DNA of 64,000 nucleotides from an uncultured virus (IMG/VR IMGVR_UViG_3300028394_000058) (lineage: Duplodnaviria; Heunggongvirae; Uroviricota; Caudoviricetes), in the IMG/VR virus record IMGVR_UViG_3300028394_000058. One strand, written 5' to 3'. The notes beneath the pieces were generated by a model that saw nothing but the letters and a program-made list of their open reading frames with translations, ran no database searches and was not told the origin of the DNA. A program made the translations under genes and the position numbers. Below, in pieces: positions 24,509 to 35,121 of the stretch. Every line of letters begins with the position of its first letter. The stretch's first letter is position 1.

Positions 24509-24869
24509 AAGCAAGCAGGCACAATACGATCTTTATAAAACCAAACAAACTTGGAAAACTAATCGTGAACGTAAACTACTGCGTGCATTGCAAAAAAATC
24601 CTGGTAATGCAAAACAAATTGAAACAGCAATAAAAAACATTACTTATCGCCGCAAAACTCCTAAAACTACCATCTGGAACAAAACAAAGATTCGTACTGC
24701 ACAACTAATTAAGCAAGTGTGCGGTAATTGCCCACACGATATTTTTAGTTCAAATCAAAAACTTGCTGATCAAACACTGGCAAGTTTACGTTCAAACTTT
24801 GACCCTAAAACTTTAGGCGATCTAAAAGTCAGCTTTAAGTTAGGAGATAGATTGCATGGGAGCATTTGA
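24489..24869 (+). CDS. basic hypothetical protein
   Basis: Lys/Arg-rich ORF. Confidence 0.6.
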   Translation: MAKSSSKSKQAQYDLYKTKQTWKTNRERKLLRALQKNPGNAKQIETAIKNITYRRKTPKTTIWNKTKIRTAQLIKQVCGNCPHDIFSSNQKLADQTLASLRSNFDPKTLGDLKVSFKLGDRLHGSI

Positions 24870-25113
24870 GTATTACCTAATATTTTGCTTAGCAACTTCC
24901 TTAACACTTATCTATGAGCTTTTTTGGCCTATTATTGCTCTTGCTAGACGCGATGGCATAGATAATGATTTTACTAGAGCACCACTACTAAGTCTATTTA
25001 TTTTCTTTATAGTAAATACTGTATTGGCCCCGTTAGTAATCTGGTTGTTAATAATTCCACCACTTTTTAGTGGCGCATTTTTAGGAATCTCACGAGCAGT
25101 CCGAGAAAAATAA
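24856..25113 (+). CDS. membrane protein
   Basis: two long hydrophobic segments; AGGAG RBS. Confidence 0.6.
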   Translation: MGAFEYYLIFCLATSLTLIYELFWPIIALARRDGIDNDFTRAPLLSLFIFFIVNTVLAPLVIWLLIIPPLFSGAFLGISRAVREK

Positions 25114-25172
25114 ACTTGAATCTTTGATCAATTATTGCTATAATATTATTTCTGTTTACAAAAGGAACCATA

Positions 25173-25445
25173 ATGAAGTTGATGCAATTTATGTACACAA
25201 AAGCCAACGGTGATCAAAGTGAGCGTGCTATTGTTGTTACACAAGAACCAACCCACCTAGTTGCTGGCATTGATGTTAGTGAACTGCCTGAAACAGAATT
25301 TGAAGCATTTACTCGTGAAATGCGTGAATTGAAAAATCGCCAACATGAGGAAATGCTAGAACTTGTAGCTAAACACGATCTAAAGCACAACTATCGTCAA
25401 TTTACTCCTAGTAAAATGACTAGCGTATCTACTGAATTTATTTAA
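25173..25445 (+). CDS. hypothetical protein
   Basis: F.YTKANG..SER; promoter at 25116-25144. Confidence 0.65.
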   Translation: MKLMQFMYTKANGDQSERAIVVTQEPTHLVAGIDVSELPETEFEAFTREMRELKNRQHEEMLELVAKHDLKHNYRQFTPSKMTSVSTEFI

Positions 25446-25454
25446 GGAAATATT

Positions 25455-25814
25455 ATGACGCAATGGAACGACGAACTTAAAGCTAACGTGATTAAAATGT
25501 ATCAAGACGCTGACCCTACGCCAGAGTCAAGTACTGAAATCATTAAAGATATTGCCGAAGAAATCGAAGCCTCACCTAATGGTGTTCGCATGGTTTTGGT
25601 ACAAGCCGGTGTATATGTTAAAAAAGACGCAGCAGCTAAACCTAGTGGCGATAAAAAGCCTGCTGGTGATGCTCCCAAGCGTGTGTCAAAAGAGTCCAGC
25701 ATTGCTGACCTCCGTGCAGCAATTGAAGCTAAAGGCGGCCCAGTTGATGACGACATTTTGAGCAAGCTGACTGGTAAAGCAGCAGTTTATTTTTTGAGTG
25801 TGCTTAAAGCATAA
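25455..25814 (+). CDS. D3: T5 D3-like DNA-binding protein
   Basis: MTQW.DEL...PNGVRM.L..AGVYVKK...KLTGKAA matches the recalled T5 D3. Confidence 0.8.
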   Translation: MTQWNDELKANVIKMYQDADPTPESSTEIIKDIAEEIEASPNGVRMVLVQAGVYVKKDAAAKPSGDKKPAGDAPKRVSKESSIADLRAAIEAKGGPVDDDILSKLTGKAAVYFLSVLKA

Positions 25815-25818
25815 AAAT

Positions 25819-25841
25819 AGGCAGCCTAGTGCTGCCTTTTC
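25819..25841 (+). terminator. intrinsic terminator
   Basis: AGGCAGC-loop-GCTGCCT followed by Ts. Confidence 0.65.
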
Positions 25842-25857
25842 TTATTAAGGAGTTATT

Positions 25858-26073
25858 ATGAGTACTTTTGTTTTTGCTGTTTATCAGGATGGTGATGGGC
25901 TTCAACAAGAAGTTGTTGAAGCAACAGATGAGCTACGTGCAACTCAAATTTTTGTTAGTGATCATGACTACATGAGCTGGCAAGATGCTCAAACGTTTGA
26001 CTATGCTGATCAAATCCTGGACGAAGTTTACGATACACAAGAAGTAACTATTAGTTATATTGAGCTGGAGTAA
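25858..26073 (+). CDS. acidic hypothetical protein
   Basis: AAGGAG RBS. Confidence 0.6.
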   Translation: MSTFVFAVYQDGDGLQQEVVEATDELRATQIFVSDHDYMSWQDAQTFDYADQILDEVYDTQEVTISYIELE

Positions 26074-26075
26074 TT

Positions 26076-26699
26076 ATGGCTAGAAAACGCTCTGAACTTG
26101 AACAAGAACGTATGACTGACGCTAATATTGAGCGAGTCATTGAACTGCTTGAACCTAAAGAGCAGGGCGTTAAGCCAATTACAAAAAAGGATGCTTGCCA
26201 AATTTTAGGCATGAGCTATAATACTAGTAGACTTGATCAGATTATTCAAACTCACAAAGACCGCAAAGAAAAAACTGCTAAACGCAGGGCTGAAAAACGC
26301 GGCAAACCTATTACCCAAGATGAAGTACAATTTATAATTCAGTGCTATCTTGCTGGCGAACCTATTAGCGCAATCAGCGAAAATACCTACCGCGGAACAC
26401 AACTTATTAAACAGGTACTAGAGACATATAGTGTGCCTGTTCGCAAAAGCAGTCCAGACTATTTTAAGCCTGAGTTGATTCCTGAAGGTGCAATGCAAGA
26501 CAAATTTGCAGTAGGTGAAGTAGTATATAGCGCTAGGTATGATTCTATGTGTAAAATACAGGCGGAGCAAACACATCCAGAATATGGCTGGATTTATCGC
26601 GTTTGGTTACTTAGTGAGCGCTGGTTACAGAGTGCATATCAGCCTGCTTGTGAATTGGCTAGTCTTAAACACTTGCGTGAATTAGGAATTAAAGTATAA
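26076..26699 (+). CDS. putative DNA-binding protein
   Basis: HTH-like ITKKDACQILGMSYNT.RL. Confidence 0.55.
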   Translation: MARKRSELEQERMTDANIERVIELLEPKEQGVKPITKKDACQILGMSYNTSRLDQIIQTHKDRKEKTAKRRAEKRGKPITQDEVQFIIQCYLAGEPISAISENTYRGTQLIKQVLETYSVPVRKSSPDYFKPELIPEGAMQDKFAVGEVVYSARYDSMCKIQAEQTHPEYGWIYRVWLLSERWLQSAYQPACELASLKHLRELGIKV

Positions 26700-27001
26700 T
26701 GGACTCAAATATACTGTATGAAAAGTTAATTGACGAAAACATGGACAAAGGGTTCCAAGTTAGGCTTGTGGTCAATGATTTTAAAGAAGTCACGTATCTA
26801 CAACTTAGAAAGTACTTTTTAAGTTATGAAGGTGACTGGGTTCCTAGTCGTGAAGGTGTAAGCATTCCTGCCTCGCTACAAAATATCTACGCACTCTTAG
26901 ACGGGCTGCTAGATATTTGTAGCGAGGCTGAAGGTCATGAAATTATTGAAACCTATGCTAAACAGTTATTAGAAAAAACAGACTTGACCCTAAGCCGCTA
27001 A
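26699..27001 (+). CDS. PC4-like ssDNA-binding protein
   Basis: V.DFK...YLQLRKYF....GDW.PSREGVSI; position before the ligase as in T5. Confidence 0.8.
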   Translation: MDSNILYEKLIDENMDKGFQVRLVVNDFKEVTYLQLRKYFLSYEGDWVPSREGVSIPASLQNIYALLDGLLDICSEAEGHEIIETYAKQLLEKTDLTLSR

Positions 27002-27037
27002 AATGGTATAATATATTATATTTGAAAAGGAAAGGCT

Positions 27038-27670
27038 ATGAAGCGAACTATTGCTATTTTTGTCAATGATCCGGTCTGTGAAGTAGAATGTGCACTGGCT
27101 ATGGAAGCTGCGCTTGAAGAGCATTTTATAGTTAAACTATTTGGCATTGAAGACCTTACCACTTTTTTCTTGAGCACAGTAGATATTCTAGCATTTCCTG
27201 GCGGCATTGGCGATGCTGATTGGTTTGATACAATCTTTGACAAAGAAGACGTTGAAACAGTTCGTGATTTTGTATATGCTGGTGGCAAGTATTTAGGCAT
27301 TTGCATGGGCTCTTACTGGGCTGGTGCAAACTATTTTGACTTGATGTGGGAAGTAGAGCCAGTACAGTATATAAAGCGATTTGGCTCAGAGATTACTACT
27401 GAATTTGCAACTACTGCTCAAGTATTGTGGGACGGTATACCACAAGATATGTATTTTTATGACGGGTGTAGTTTTATTGGGCAGACTAAACACTGTGAAG
27501 TAATTGCTACTTATGCTAACGGCGACCCAATGGCTATTTATCAAGGCAACTTGGGGTTGATTGGTTGTCATCCAGAAAGCGAACAGTGGTGGTATGACCT
27601 GGATGACCTAGAAGGTTGGCACGGCGGGCATCATAATGACATTTTTTGTGACTTTGTACTAAATTTATGA
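27038..27670 (+). CDS. BPL_N-like class I glutamine amidotransferase-fold protein
   Basis: FPGG, GGKYLGICMGSY (Cys nucleophile elbow), GCHPE. Confidence 0.8.
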   Translation: MKRTIAIFVNDPVCEVECALAMEAALEEHFIVKLFGIEDLTTFFLSTVDILAFPGGIGDADWFDTIFDKEDVETVRDFVYAGGKYLGICMGSYWAGANYFDLMWEVEPVQYIKRFGSEITTEFATTAQVLWDGIPQDMYFYDGCSFIGQTKHCEVIATYANGDPMAIYQGNLGLIGCHPESEQWWYDLDDLEGWHGGHHNDIFCDFVLNL

Positions 27671-28620
27671 GCATTAAACAATATTTAGACGCGGCAAGTC
27701 AGGCTTACTATGCTGGCTTTCCTATTATCAGTGACGAGCAATTTGATCGCCTAGCCGAAACTGCAAAGTATTCGGCTGTTGGCGCACAGGCTGTTGGCTT
27801 AAAGGCTAAACATTACTATCCTATGTTTAGTTTGCAAAAGCACTACGAAGATGAAGGCAAGCCCAATCCTATAGAGGGTATGGGCGACGTTAGCATGAGT
27901 GTTAAACTAGACGGCGCTGCTGTTAGCCTGCTATATGTAGACGGTGAGTTGGTACAAGCACTTACTCGTGGTGATGGGGTTGAAGGTCAGGTAGTTACTG
28001 ATAAGTTTCTTAGTAGTGCTAGTCTAGTTCCACACACTATTAGGCATAATGGTGTGATTCAAGTCACTGGCGAAATTGTGGCCCCAAATCACATTGCTAA
28101 TGCCAGAAATTATGCTGCTGGTGCACTTAATCTTAAAGATACTAGCGAATTTGCTACTCGTGCAATTACTTTTTTTGCATACGGCGTTCAGCCATTTATT
28201 GGCCAAACCTACGACGCAGATATGCTAATGCTTAAACGTTTTGGGTTTAATACGGTTCAGGAAACTGATCTAGAAAAAATTTATCCCACAGACGGCGTAG
28301 TATTTAGACTTAACAATAATCACCAATTTGAAGAGTTAGGATATACTAGCAAACACCCTCGTGGTGCTTATGCTCGTAAAGAGCGTGCTGCTCATGTAGA
28401 GACTAAACTGCTGGATGTTGAATGGCAAGTAGGTAAATCCGGAAAAGTAACCCCAGTAGCAATTCTAGAACCTGTGCTAGTAGGAGACGCAGTGGTAAGC
28501 CGAGCCACTCTTAATAATCCAGGATTTATCGAATCACTAGGCCTGGAAATTGGAGATACCGTAGCTATTATTAGGGCTGGGGAAATTATTCCCTGCGTAT
28601 TGCACAAGGTAGAGGCATAG
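27667..28620 (+). CDS. ligA: NAD-dependent DNA ligase, subunit A
   Basis: KLDG, LTRGDG.EG, NARNYAAG, WQVGKSG.VTPVA, RAGEIIP. Confidence 0.92.
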   Translation: MSIKQYLDAASQAYYAGFPIISDEQFDRLAETAKYSAVGAQAVGLKAKHYYPMFSLQKHYEDEGKPNPIEGMGDVSMSVKLDGAAVSLLYVDGELVQALTRGDGVEGQVVTDKFLSSASLVPHTIRHNGVIQVTGEIVAPNHIANARNYAAGALNLKDTSEFATRAITFFAYGVQPFIGQTYDADMLMLKRFGFNTVQETDLEKIYPTDGVVFRLNNNHQFEELGYTSKHPRGAYARKERAAHVETKLLDVEWQVGKSGKVTPVAILEPVLVGDAVVSRATLNNPGFIESLGLEIGDTVAIIRAGEIIPCVLHKVEA

Positions 28621-28686
28621 AAAATTTGGACTTGAAACGCACTGCTTATTACTGTATAATACATTATTGAATTTGAAAAACGCCCA

Positions 28687-29445
28687 ATGAAGATCAAAAT
28701 TCCAACTACTTGTCCGTGTTGCGACTATACCCTAGAGCTTGTCAATGACCAACTTTTTTGTCGTAATCAAGCCTGTAGCGCACAGCTAGGCAAAAAGTTG
28801 GAACATTTTTGTAAGACGTTAGGCATCAAAGGCATGGGTGCTAGAACACTAGAGAAACTTCAACTTACTGATATTACTGAGATCTACTATCTCGAACTTG
28901 ATCAAATTATTGAGCTATTGGGTAGTGAAAAGATTGCAGTAAAATTGTTAGATGAAATTGACAAGTCTCGTAACAGTGATCTAGCAGCCATTCTACCAGC
29001 TTTTAGTATTCCACTTGTAGGTAACACAGCGGCACAAAAAATTGCAAAAGTAGTGTGTGGCATTGATGATATTACTCAAGAACGATGCAAACAAGCTGGT
29101 TTAGGAGAAAAAGTTACTAACAATCTAATCTCTTGGCTAGAGACAGATTTCGTAGAAATGAGAGAGTTTTTGCCATTCTCTTTCAAAACAAGCAATAAGC
29201 CAGTAGCCAATGTAAGTGCCGAAAGCGTCTGCATAACTGGTAAATTAACTTCATTTAAAACTAAGGCAGAAGCCACTAAAGCATTAGAACAAGCTGGATT
29301 TAAAGTTACCGAAACCGTAACTAAACAAACCAACTATCTAGTTGATGAAGATAACAAAGGCAGCTCAAAACGTACCAAAGCCGACCAGCTCGGCATTACA
29401 ATTATCGAAAACTTATCACAATTTTTAAACGAGAAAAAAATATGA
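28687..29445 (+). CDS. ligB: NAD-dependent DNA ligase, subunit B (Zn finger, HhH, BRCT)
   Basis: PTTCPCC...C.N..C, HhH motifs, BRCT CITG...SSK..KA..LGI; own promoter at 28632-28660. Confidence 0.9.
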   Translation: MKIKIPTTCPCCDYTLELVNDQLFCRNQACSAQLGKKLEHFCKTLGIKGMGARTLEKLQLTDITEIYYLELDQIIELLGSEKIAVKLLDEIDKSRNSDLAAILPAFSIPLVGNTAAQKIAKVVCGIDDITQERCKQAGLGEKVTNNLISWLETDFVEMREFLPFSFKTSNKPVANVSAESVCITGKLTSFKTKAEATKALEQAGFKVTETVTKQTNYLVDEDNKGSSKRTKADQLGITIIENLSQFLNEKKI

Positions 29446-30188
29446 CTGAAAAAACTAAAAAGTGGTCTGACGACGCCGTTGCTCAACTTCTTGGAATCGT
29501 AGGACGCGAGTCCCCTGTATCGGTTGCTAAAGTTGAAGAGGCCGCTGAAGCCTTGGAAGTGTCGACCCGTAGCGTAGCAGCTAAACTGCGTCAACTTGAT
29601 CGCGATGTTGCTAGTATGGCTAAAGAAAAAGTCAGTGCATTTTCTGAAGAAGAAAGTCACGGACTGTTTAAGTTTGTTACCAGCAATGCTGGCCAATTTA
29701 CCTACAAGCAAATTGCTGAAGGATTTGCTGATGGCAAGTTCACCGCTAAGCAAATTCAGGGTAAGTTGCTTGCTCTGGAACTGACTGGTAGTGTTAAGCC
29801 CGCCGAGAAAGTGGAAGTTGCTCGCAGCTACACTGACGCTGAAGAGGCAAAGTTTATTTCCATGGCTGAGCGCGGTAGCTATATCGAAGATATAGCTAAA
29901 GCACTTGACAAAACTGTTGCCTCAGTTCGTGGCAAAGCCCTTAGCTTGACCCGCAAAGGTCAAATTGCAAAAATTCCTGCTCAACGTGAGTCACACGCTA
30001 AAGATCAGGTTGATCCAATCGTGGCGCTTGGCGAGCGTATCGCTAGCATGACCGTTGCAGAAATTGCAGCTGCAGTTGACAAAACTGAGCGCGGTCTACG
30101 TACTCTGCTTACCCGTCGCGGCATTAATGTTGCTGATTATAAGGGCGCTGATAAAAAGGCCAAAGCAGAAGCAAAAGCCGCTGCTTAA
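29442..30188 (+). CDS. D5: T5 D5-like DNA-binding transcription regulator
   Basis: RSVAAKLR, KQIQGKLLALE, RGKALSL, KTERGLRTLLTRRG. Confidence 0.85.
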   Translation: MTEKTKKWSDDAVAQLLGIVGRESPVSVAKVEEAAEALEVSTRSVAAKLRQLDRDVASMAKEKVSAFSEEESHGLFKFVTSNAGQFTYKQIAEGFADGKFTAKQIQGKLLALELTGSVKPAEKVEVARSYTDAEEAKFISMAERGSYIEDIAKALDKTVASVRGKALSLTRKGQIAKIPAQRESHAKDQVDPIVALGERIASMTVAEIAAAVDKTERGLRTLLTRRGINVADYKGADKKAKAEAKAAA

Positions 30189-30203
30189 TAGTCATTGAGC
30201 AGT

Positions 30204-30239
30204 AAGGCCGGGAGTTTTTACAGGCTCCCGGCCTTTTTT
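30204..30239 (+). terminator. intrinsic terminator
   Basis: AAGGCCGGGAG...CTCCCGGCCTT followed by Ts. Confidence 0.8.
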
Positions 30240-30256
30240 ACTTTGGAAACCAGTAA

Positions 30257-30556
30257 ATGAAAGTTACAATCACATATCACGACTCTGAGTCGTTTACTGT
30301 CGAAGAAGTAGTAAAACAAGCAGTACATAATTATGGCCGTTTAGCTCAGGTAGAAATAATGCCAGAGTCTACAATGGCTTATGATCATATCTATTTTGGT
30401 TTGCAACAACTAGTTACACACGAACAACTAAGTCTACTCTATGACAGGGGTAGTAATTATCAACAAGATATTAGACGTTTGCGTGATCAAATTATTTATA
30501 AAGTAACAGAAATTGTAGACCAAGTAATTATAGATAATGAATCTAAGGTAGGTTAA
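30257..30556 (+). CDS. hypothetical protein
   Basis: 99-aa ORF. Confidence 0.6.
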   Translation: MKVTITYHDSESFTVEEVVKQAVHNYGRLAQVEIMPESTMAYDHIYFGLQQLVTHEQLSLLYDRGSNYQQDIRRLRDQIIYKVTEIVDQVIIDNESKVG

Positions 30557-30557
30557 T

Positions 30558-31937
30558 ATGGATGTTTCAGCCGTAGTCTTAAATAAACTGCTTCAAGAGC
30601 AGAGCTTAGATATCTGGGCTAAATTGAAGCTAGTGTTTTTAGATCCGGCTTACTCGTCCTTGTACAGTGTTATCAATAAGCATTATGAAAAATATAATGC
30701 TATTCCTAATTTTGATGACCTAGAACTTACACTGCGAGAAGGCCCGGCAGCAAAAACTCTAGCAACACTAAAACTAACTGAAGTTCCTGACGTAAGTGCT
30801 GAAATAGCCTTAGATGCACTTATTGATCAGTATACACAAAACGAAACAGTAAAACTACTAGACAAATTTATAGATAAACTGCCGCTTTACGACTCAAACG
30901 AAATAAAAGAAAATTTAGCCACAATAGCACTTACAATTGAAGAAAAGACACACACCAGTGAAAAAGTCTTTACTATGGCTGATATTATGATGTTTCAACA
31001 TCCTGAAGAACTGGAGAAAGAACGTGTTTATCTTGGGCTTAATAATACTTTTGACGCTGTACTTGGTGGTGTGGCTAGACAAGAACTCATCCTCATTGGA
31101 GGCAAAAGGGGTAGCGGTAAAAGTATCACTAGTAGTAATATTTTTGTTAATCAGTATGAGTCTGGAAACAGTAGTCTTTACTTTTCTATTGAGATGACTG
31201 CATATGAAACCATGCAGCGAAATTTGGCAATCTTAGCCAATGTAAATTTGCAAAACTTAAAACAAAATAAACTAACTGATCAAGAATTACTACGCGTAGT
31301 TCACGCCAGATCTGGAATGTTTGAAGGAGCCGAGTCGTTAGTAGACGATTTCTTACGACACAGAGATAGGTTTAAATTTGAAGAAACTTTAGTTAGAAAC
31401 TTTAAACTAAAGCCCGACAATCAAATGATTATTGTTGATGATAGAGATCTAACTTTGGGCGCTATTGATTTGCATATTGGAAAAACTAAAGCTAAATTTG
31501 GAGACAAATTAGGTGTTGTAGTAGTAGACTATGTTAATCAAATTGTACTAGAAGGTAATAGTCAGTATGACTGGCAACCACAAATTGAAGTTTCAAAGAA
31601 GTTAAAGAACTTGGCTAGAAAATACGAAGTAGTAATAGTAAGCCCATATCAAATTGACGCTAATGGTGAAGCCAGATTTGCCAAAGGCATTTTAGACGCA
31701 GCAGATATAGCACTAGTAATGGAAGCACATGAAAAAGACGTACAAGCAATTAGTTTTGAAACAACAAAGATTCGGGGCGGAAAAGAGATGGCTTTTACAT
31801 GCCCTATTGATTGGGACACACTCAGAATCTCCCCCCAAAGTATTGATCGCCCATCTAAAAAAGAACCTGTCAAAAAGAGTAAAAAAACAGATAATCAAAC
31901 ACAAGAACTCGCAACTGATTTACCTTGGGACGCATAG
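30558..31937 (+). CDS. D6: DnaB-like replicative helicase (T5 D6)
   Basis: Walker A GKRGSGKS, FSIEM, VVDYVN, SPYQ. Confidence 0.88.
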   Translation: MDVSAVVLNKLLQEQSLDIWAKLKLVFLDPAYSSLYSVINKHYEKYNAIPNFDDLELTLREGPAAKTLATLKLTEVPDVSAEIALDALIDQYTQNETVKLLDKFIDKLPLYDSNEIKENLATIALTIEEKTHTSEKVFTMADIMMFQHPEELEKERVYLGLNNTFDAVLGGVARQELILIGGKRGSGKSITSSNIFVNQYESGNSSLYFSIEMTAYETMQRNLAILANVNLQNLKQNKLTDQELLRVVHARSGMFEGAESLVDDFLRHRDRFKFEETLVRNFKLKPDNQMIIVDDRDLTLGAIDLHIGKTKAKFGDKLGVVVVDYVNQIVLEGNSQYDWQPQIEVSKKLKNLARKYEVVIVSPYQIDANGEARFAKGILDAADIALVMEAHEKDVQAISFETTKIRGGKEMAFTCPIDWDTLRISPQSIDRPSKKEPVKKSKKTDNQTQELATDLPWDA

Positions 31938-31939
31938 AG

Positions 31940-32791
31940 ATGGATCCTGTTTTAGACTTGATTCAAAAAAACGGATTGCAGTATCAGGTGTCCGGTCGAG
32001 ATTACTTAATCAAATGTTTAAACCCCGAACACCTAGATTCAAACCCAAGTTTTCGCATAGATCGTATTAGCGGAATAGCTCACTGCTTTAGCTGTGGATT
32101 TAAAACTAATATATTTAAATATTATGGTGTTTTTAGCAACCCTATTCCTATAAAAATTGCTAAGCTAAAAGAAAAACTGCACGATTTAAAAACCTGGGCA
32201 GTAGGATTAGAACTTCCAGCAGGAGCCGCACCATATACTAAAACTTTTAGAGGAATTAGTTCGCAAACACTAAAACACTTTGAGGCATTTTATACTCACA
32301 GTGTAGAAAAACTTGCAGATAGAATTATATTTCCAATTAAAGATATAACTGGTAAAACAGTAGTCTATGTAGGCAGACACACCTTATCAAATGGTAATCC
32401 TAGATATTTAAACTATCCTAGTAAAGTTCAACTTCCAGTATTTCCACCACAAGTACCCGCAGGACATAAAAGTCTGGTATTAGTAGAAGGAATATTTGAT
32501 ATGTTAAATCTTTACGATAAGGGTTTAAAAAATGTCACTTGTACTTTTGGCACAAATACTCTGCAAGCAGATACTAAGTTAAAATTATTACCATTTAAAG
32601 CCCAAGGAGTTAGTCATATTTACATATTATTTGATGGAGATGATGCAGGTAGAAAAGCAGCAGAAATCCTAAAACCAATTATTGAAGAATCAGAGTTTAT
32701 TGTAGAAATAATTAAATTACCAAATGATACTGATCCTGGCGATTTAGACCCGATTGATGTACAAAGTATTAGTGAATATATTAAAAAATAA
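31940..32791 (+). CDS. DNA primase
   Basis: Zn-binding CLNPEH...CFSCG; TOPRIM VEGIFD and FDGDDAG. Confidence 0.9.
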   Translation: MDPVLDLIQKNGLQYQVSGRDYLIKCLNPEHLDSNPSFRIDRISGIAHCFSCGFKTNIFKYYGVFSNPIPIKIAKLKEKLHDLKTWAVGLELPAGAAPYTKTFRGISSQTLKHFEAFYTHSVEKLADRIIFPIKDITGKTVVYVGRHTLSNGNPRYLNYPSKVQLPVFPPQVPAGHKSLVLVEGIFDMLNLYDKGLKNVTCTFGTNTLQADTKLKLLPFKAQGVSHIYILFDGDDAGRKAAEILKPIIEESEFIVEIIKLPNDTDPGDLDPIDVQSISEYIKK

Positions 32792-32838
32792 CTTGACTTT
32801 ACTAGCCTGATACGCTATAATAAAGTATTGGAGAATTT

Positions 32839-35121
32839 ATGAAAAAAGTTGCACTTATTGATAAAGCACCTAACCGTACTCGATATGCTGATCACTTTCC
32901 TTTTGAATTTGATCATTTTCATATGAGCCAGGTTCCTATTACAAAATTGTTGAAAAAAGACGTTACACTTGAATTTGATCCTAAACCGTATGATTTGATT
33001 ATCTTGGTAGGCGCAGAAGCCGCTAAAGAATACGCTAAAGTTACTAGTGTAACTAATTATGCAGGTCAGCTAGTAAATGAAAAGTTTGTGTGTATTACAA
33101 ATCCAGCTATGTTGGCATTTAAACCAGAAGGCAAACCAGATTTTCAACGAGCCGTAGATAAGATTCTTAAGTATTATAATGATAGTGTTGCTGCACCTAC
33201 TACTGGTGATTTTGGCGGTATTGATAACACAGACCAAGCCAAAGCCTATTTACAAGAAATCTTAGCAAATGCTCAAGGTTACGTAGCTTGGGATACAGAA
33301 ACAACTGCACTTTATCCCAGAGATGGATATGTACTGGGAGTGTCACTAACCTACAAAGGCAAACAGGGCAGATATATTACTACAGATTGCATGGATGAGG
33401 AGTGTATCCAACTATTACAACAAATTGCTAATGAGTTTGAAACTATCTTTCATAACATGAAGTTTGACTACAAGATGATTAAATATCATCTTGGCATCGA
33501 CTTTAACCGGGCTAGAGTACATGACACTATGGTTATGCATTATGCCTTAGATGAAACTGATAGTCACGGACTAAAGCAGTTAGCACTAAAGTATACAGAT
33601 TATGGCGACTATGATAGTGCACTAGACGAGTTTAAGCGTGATTATTGTAGTCAACACGGAATTCTTCAAGAAAACTTTAGTTATGACTTGATTCCGTTTG
33701 ATATTATCAGTGAATATGCGTCGATTGACACAGCAGTAACTTATGAACTATTTCACAAGTTTTGGCCTATCCTACAGGCTAATCAAAAATTGTGGTGGGT
33801 TTATAAAAACTTGCTGGTAGATGGTACACTATTCCTTATGGATATGGAAGAGGTAGGCATTCCGATCTGTAAAGATCGTATGAACAAAGCTAATTTGTAC
33901 CTTGAAGATGAAATTCAGCGTGCTAAAGAGGTAGTATTTAGTTTTGATGCAGTTAAACAGTTTGAGCAAACCAGTGGCAAAATCTTTAATCCTAATAGTG
34001 TAATGCAGTTGCGAGAAGTCTTATTCGACTACTTGGGTTTGGAACCTACCGGCAAGAAAACTGGCACCGGTGCTATTTCAACTGATGCAGAAGTTTTAGC
34101 ACAACTAGCCGAAGAGCACGAACTGCCGGGTGCTATTCTTAAGGTCAGGCAGCTTAGTAAAATTCAGAACACATATATTCAAAAAATCTTACCGGAATTG
34201 GACAAAGATGGGCGAATTCGTACAAATTTTAATCTTATTTTTACCACTAGCGGCCGTTTGTCTAGTAGTGGTAAATTCAATGCTCAGCAAATTCCTAGAG
34301 ACAATCCAATCATCAAAGGGTGTATCCGTGCCCCACATGGGTATAAAATAGTTTCACAAGACTTAGCTACAGCCGAGATGTATTATGCTGCCGTACTTAG
34401 TGGCGATAAGAATTTGCAACAGGTTTTTAGTAGCGGCGGTGACTTTCACTCGACAATTGCTAAAATGGTATTTAACTTGCCGTGTCCTGTGGAGGAAGTC
34501 AAAAAACGTTATGCTAGTATGCGGCAAAGTGCAAAAGCAATTTCATTTGGTATTCTTTACGGTTCGGGGCCAAACAAGGTTTCACAAACAGTAAGCAAAG
34601 CAACTAGTGAAATTTATCCAGTAGAACAAGCTAAAGAGGATATTAAAGCCTACTTTACTAAATTCAGCAAACTAAAGCGTTGGTTAGATGAACGCAAAAC
34701 TTTTATTGAACAAAATGGATATACATATAGCTTTTTTGGTAGAAAACGCAGACTTCCTAATGTCTTTTCAAGCGATAAGGGAATTGCTGCACATGAAGTA
34801 CGTAGCGGTATTAATGCTGAAGTTCAGTCTTTAGCCAGTGACGTTAATCTGCTAGGAGCTATGCGAACTGCTAGACATATTACACAAGAAGGGCTTGATG
34901 CAAAAATATTTATGCTTGTGCATGACTCTATTGTGGCAATTGTAAAAGAAGACCACGTTGAGGATTATTGCCAAATACTTAAATTAAATACTCAACACGA
35001 TCATGGTTGTAGTATTCCTGGCACACCAATTGGTGTTGACCAAGATATTGGCGATGATTATAGCTTTGGCGATTTTGGGGCTGTTTATGAATTTACTGGA
35101 GATAAACTGGCCCGTGTTTAG
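32839..35121 (+). CDS. pol: family A DNA polymerase with 3'-5' exonuclease
   Basis: DTET, HNMKFD, SGRLSS, RQSAKAISFGILYG, VHDS; promoter at 32793-32821. Confidence 0.95.
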   Translation: MKKVALIDKAPNRTRYADHFPFEFDHFHMSQVPITKLLKKDVTLEFDPKPYDLIILVGAEAAKEYAKVTSVTNYAGQLVNEKFVCITNPAMLAFKPEGKPDFQRAVDKILKYYNDSVAAPTTGDFGGIDNTDQAKAYLQEILANAQGYVAWDTETTALYPRDGYVLGVSLTYKGKQGRYITTDCMDEECIQLLQQIANEFETIFHNMKFDYKMIKYHLGIDFNRARVHDTMVMHYALDETDSHGLKQLALKYTDYGDYDSALDEFKRDYCSQHGILQENFSYDLIPFDIISEYASIDTAVTYELFHKFWPILQANQKLWWVYKNLLVDGTLFLMDMEEVGIPICKDRMNKANLYLEDEIQRAKEVVFSFDAVKQFEQTSGKIFNPNSVMQLREVLFDYLGLEPTGKKTGTGAISTDAEVLAQLAEEHELPGAILKVRQLSKIQNTYIQKILPELDKDGRIRTNFNLIFTTSGRLSSSGKFNAQQIPRDNPIIKGCIRAPHGYKIVSQDLATAEMYYAAVLSGDKNLQQVFSSGGDFHSTIAKMVFNLPCPVEEVKKRYASMRQSAKAISFGILYGSGPNKVSQTVSKATSEIYPVEQAKEDIKAYFTKFSKLKRWLDERKTFIEQNGYTYSFFGRKRRLPNVFSSDKGIAAHEVRSGINAEVQSLASDVNLLGAMRTARHITQEGLDAKIFMLVHDSIVAIVKEDHVEDYCQILKLNTQHDHGCSIPGTPIGVDQDIGDDYSFGDFGAVYEFTGDKLARV

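Noticed and set aside
27667..29445. Split DNA ligase as a pseudogene or novelty
   Set aside because: A two-subunit NAD ligase is the normal T5-like arrangement; the second gene has its own promoter
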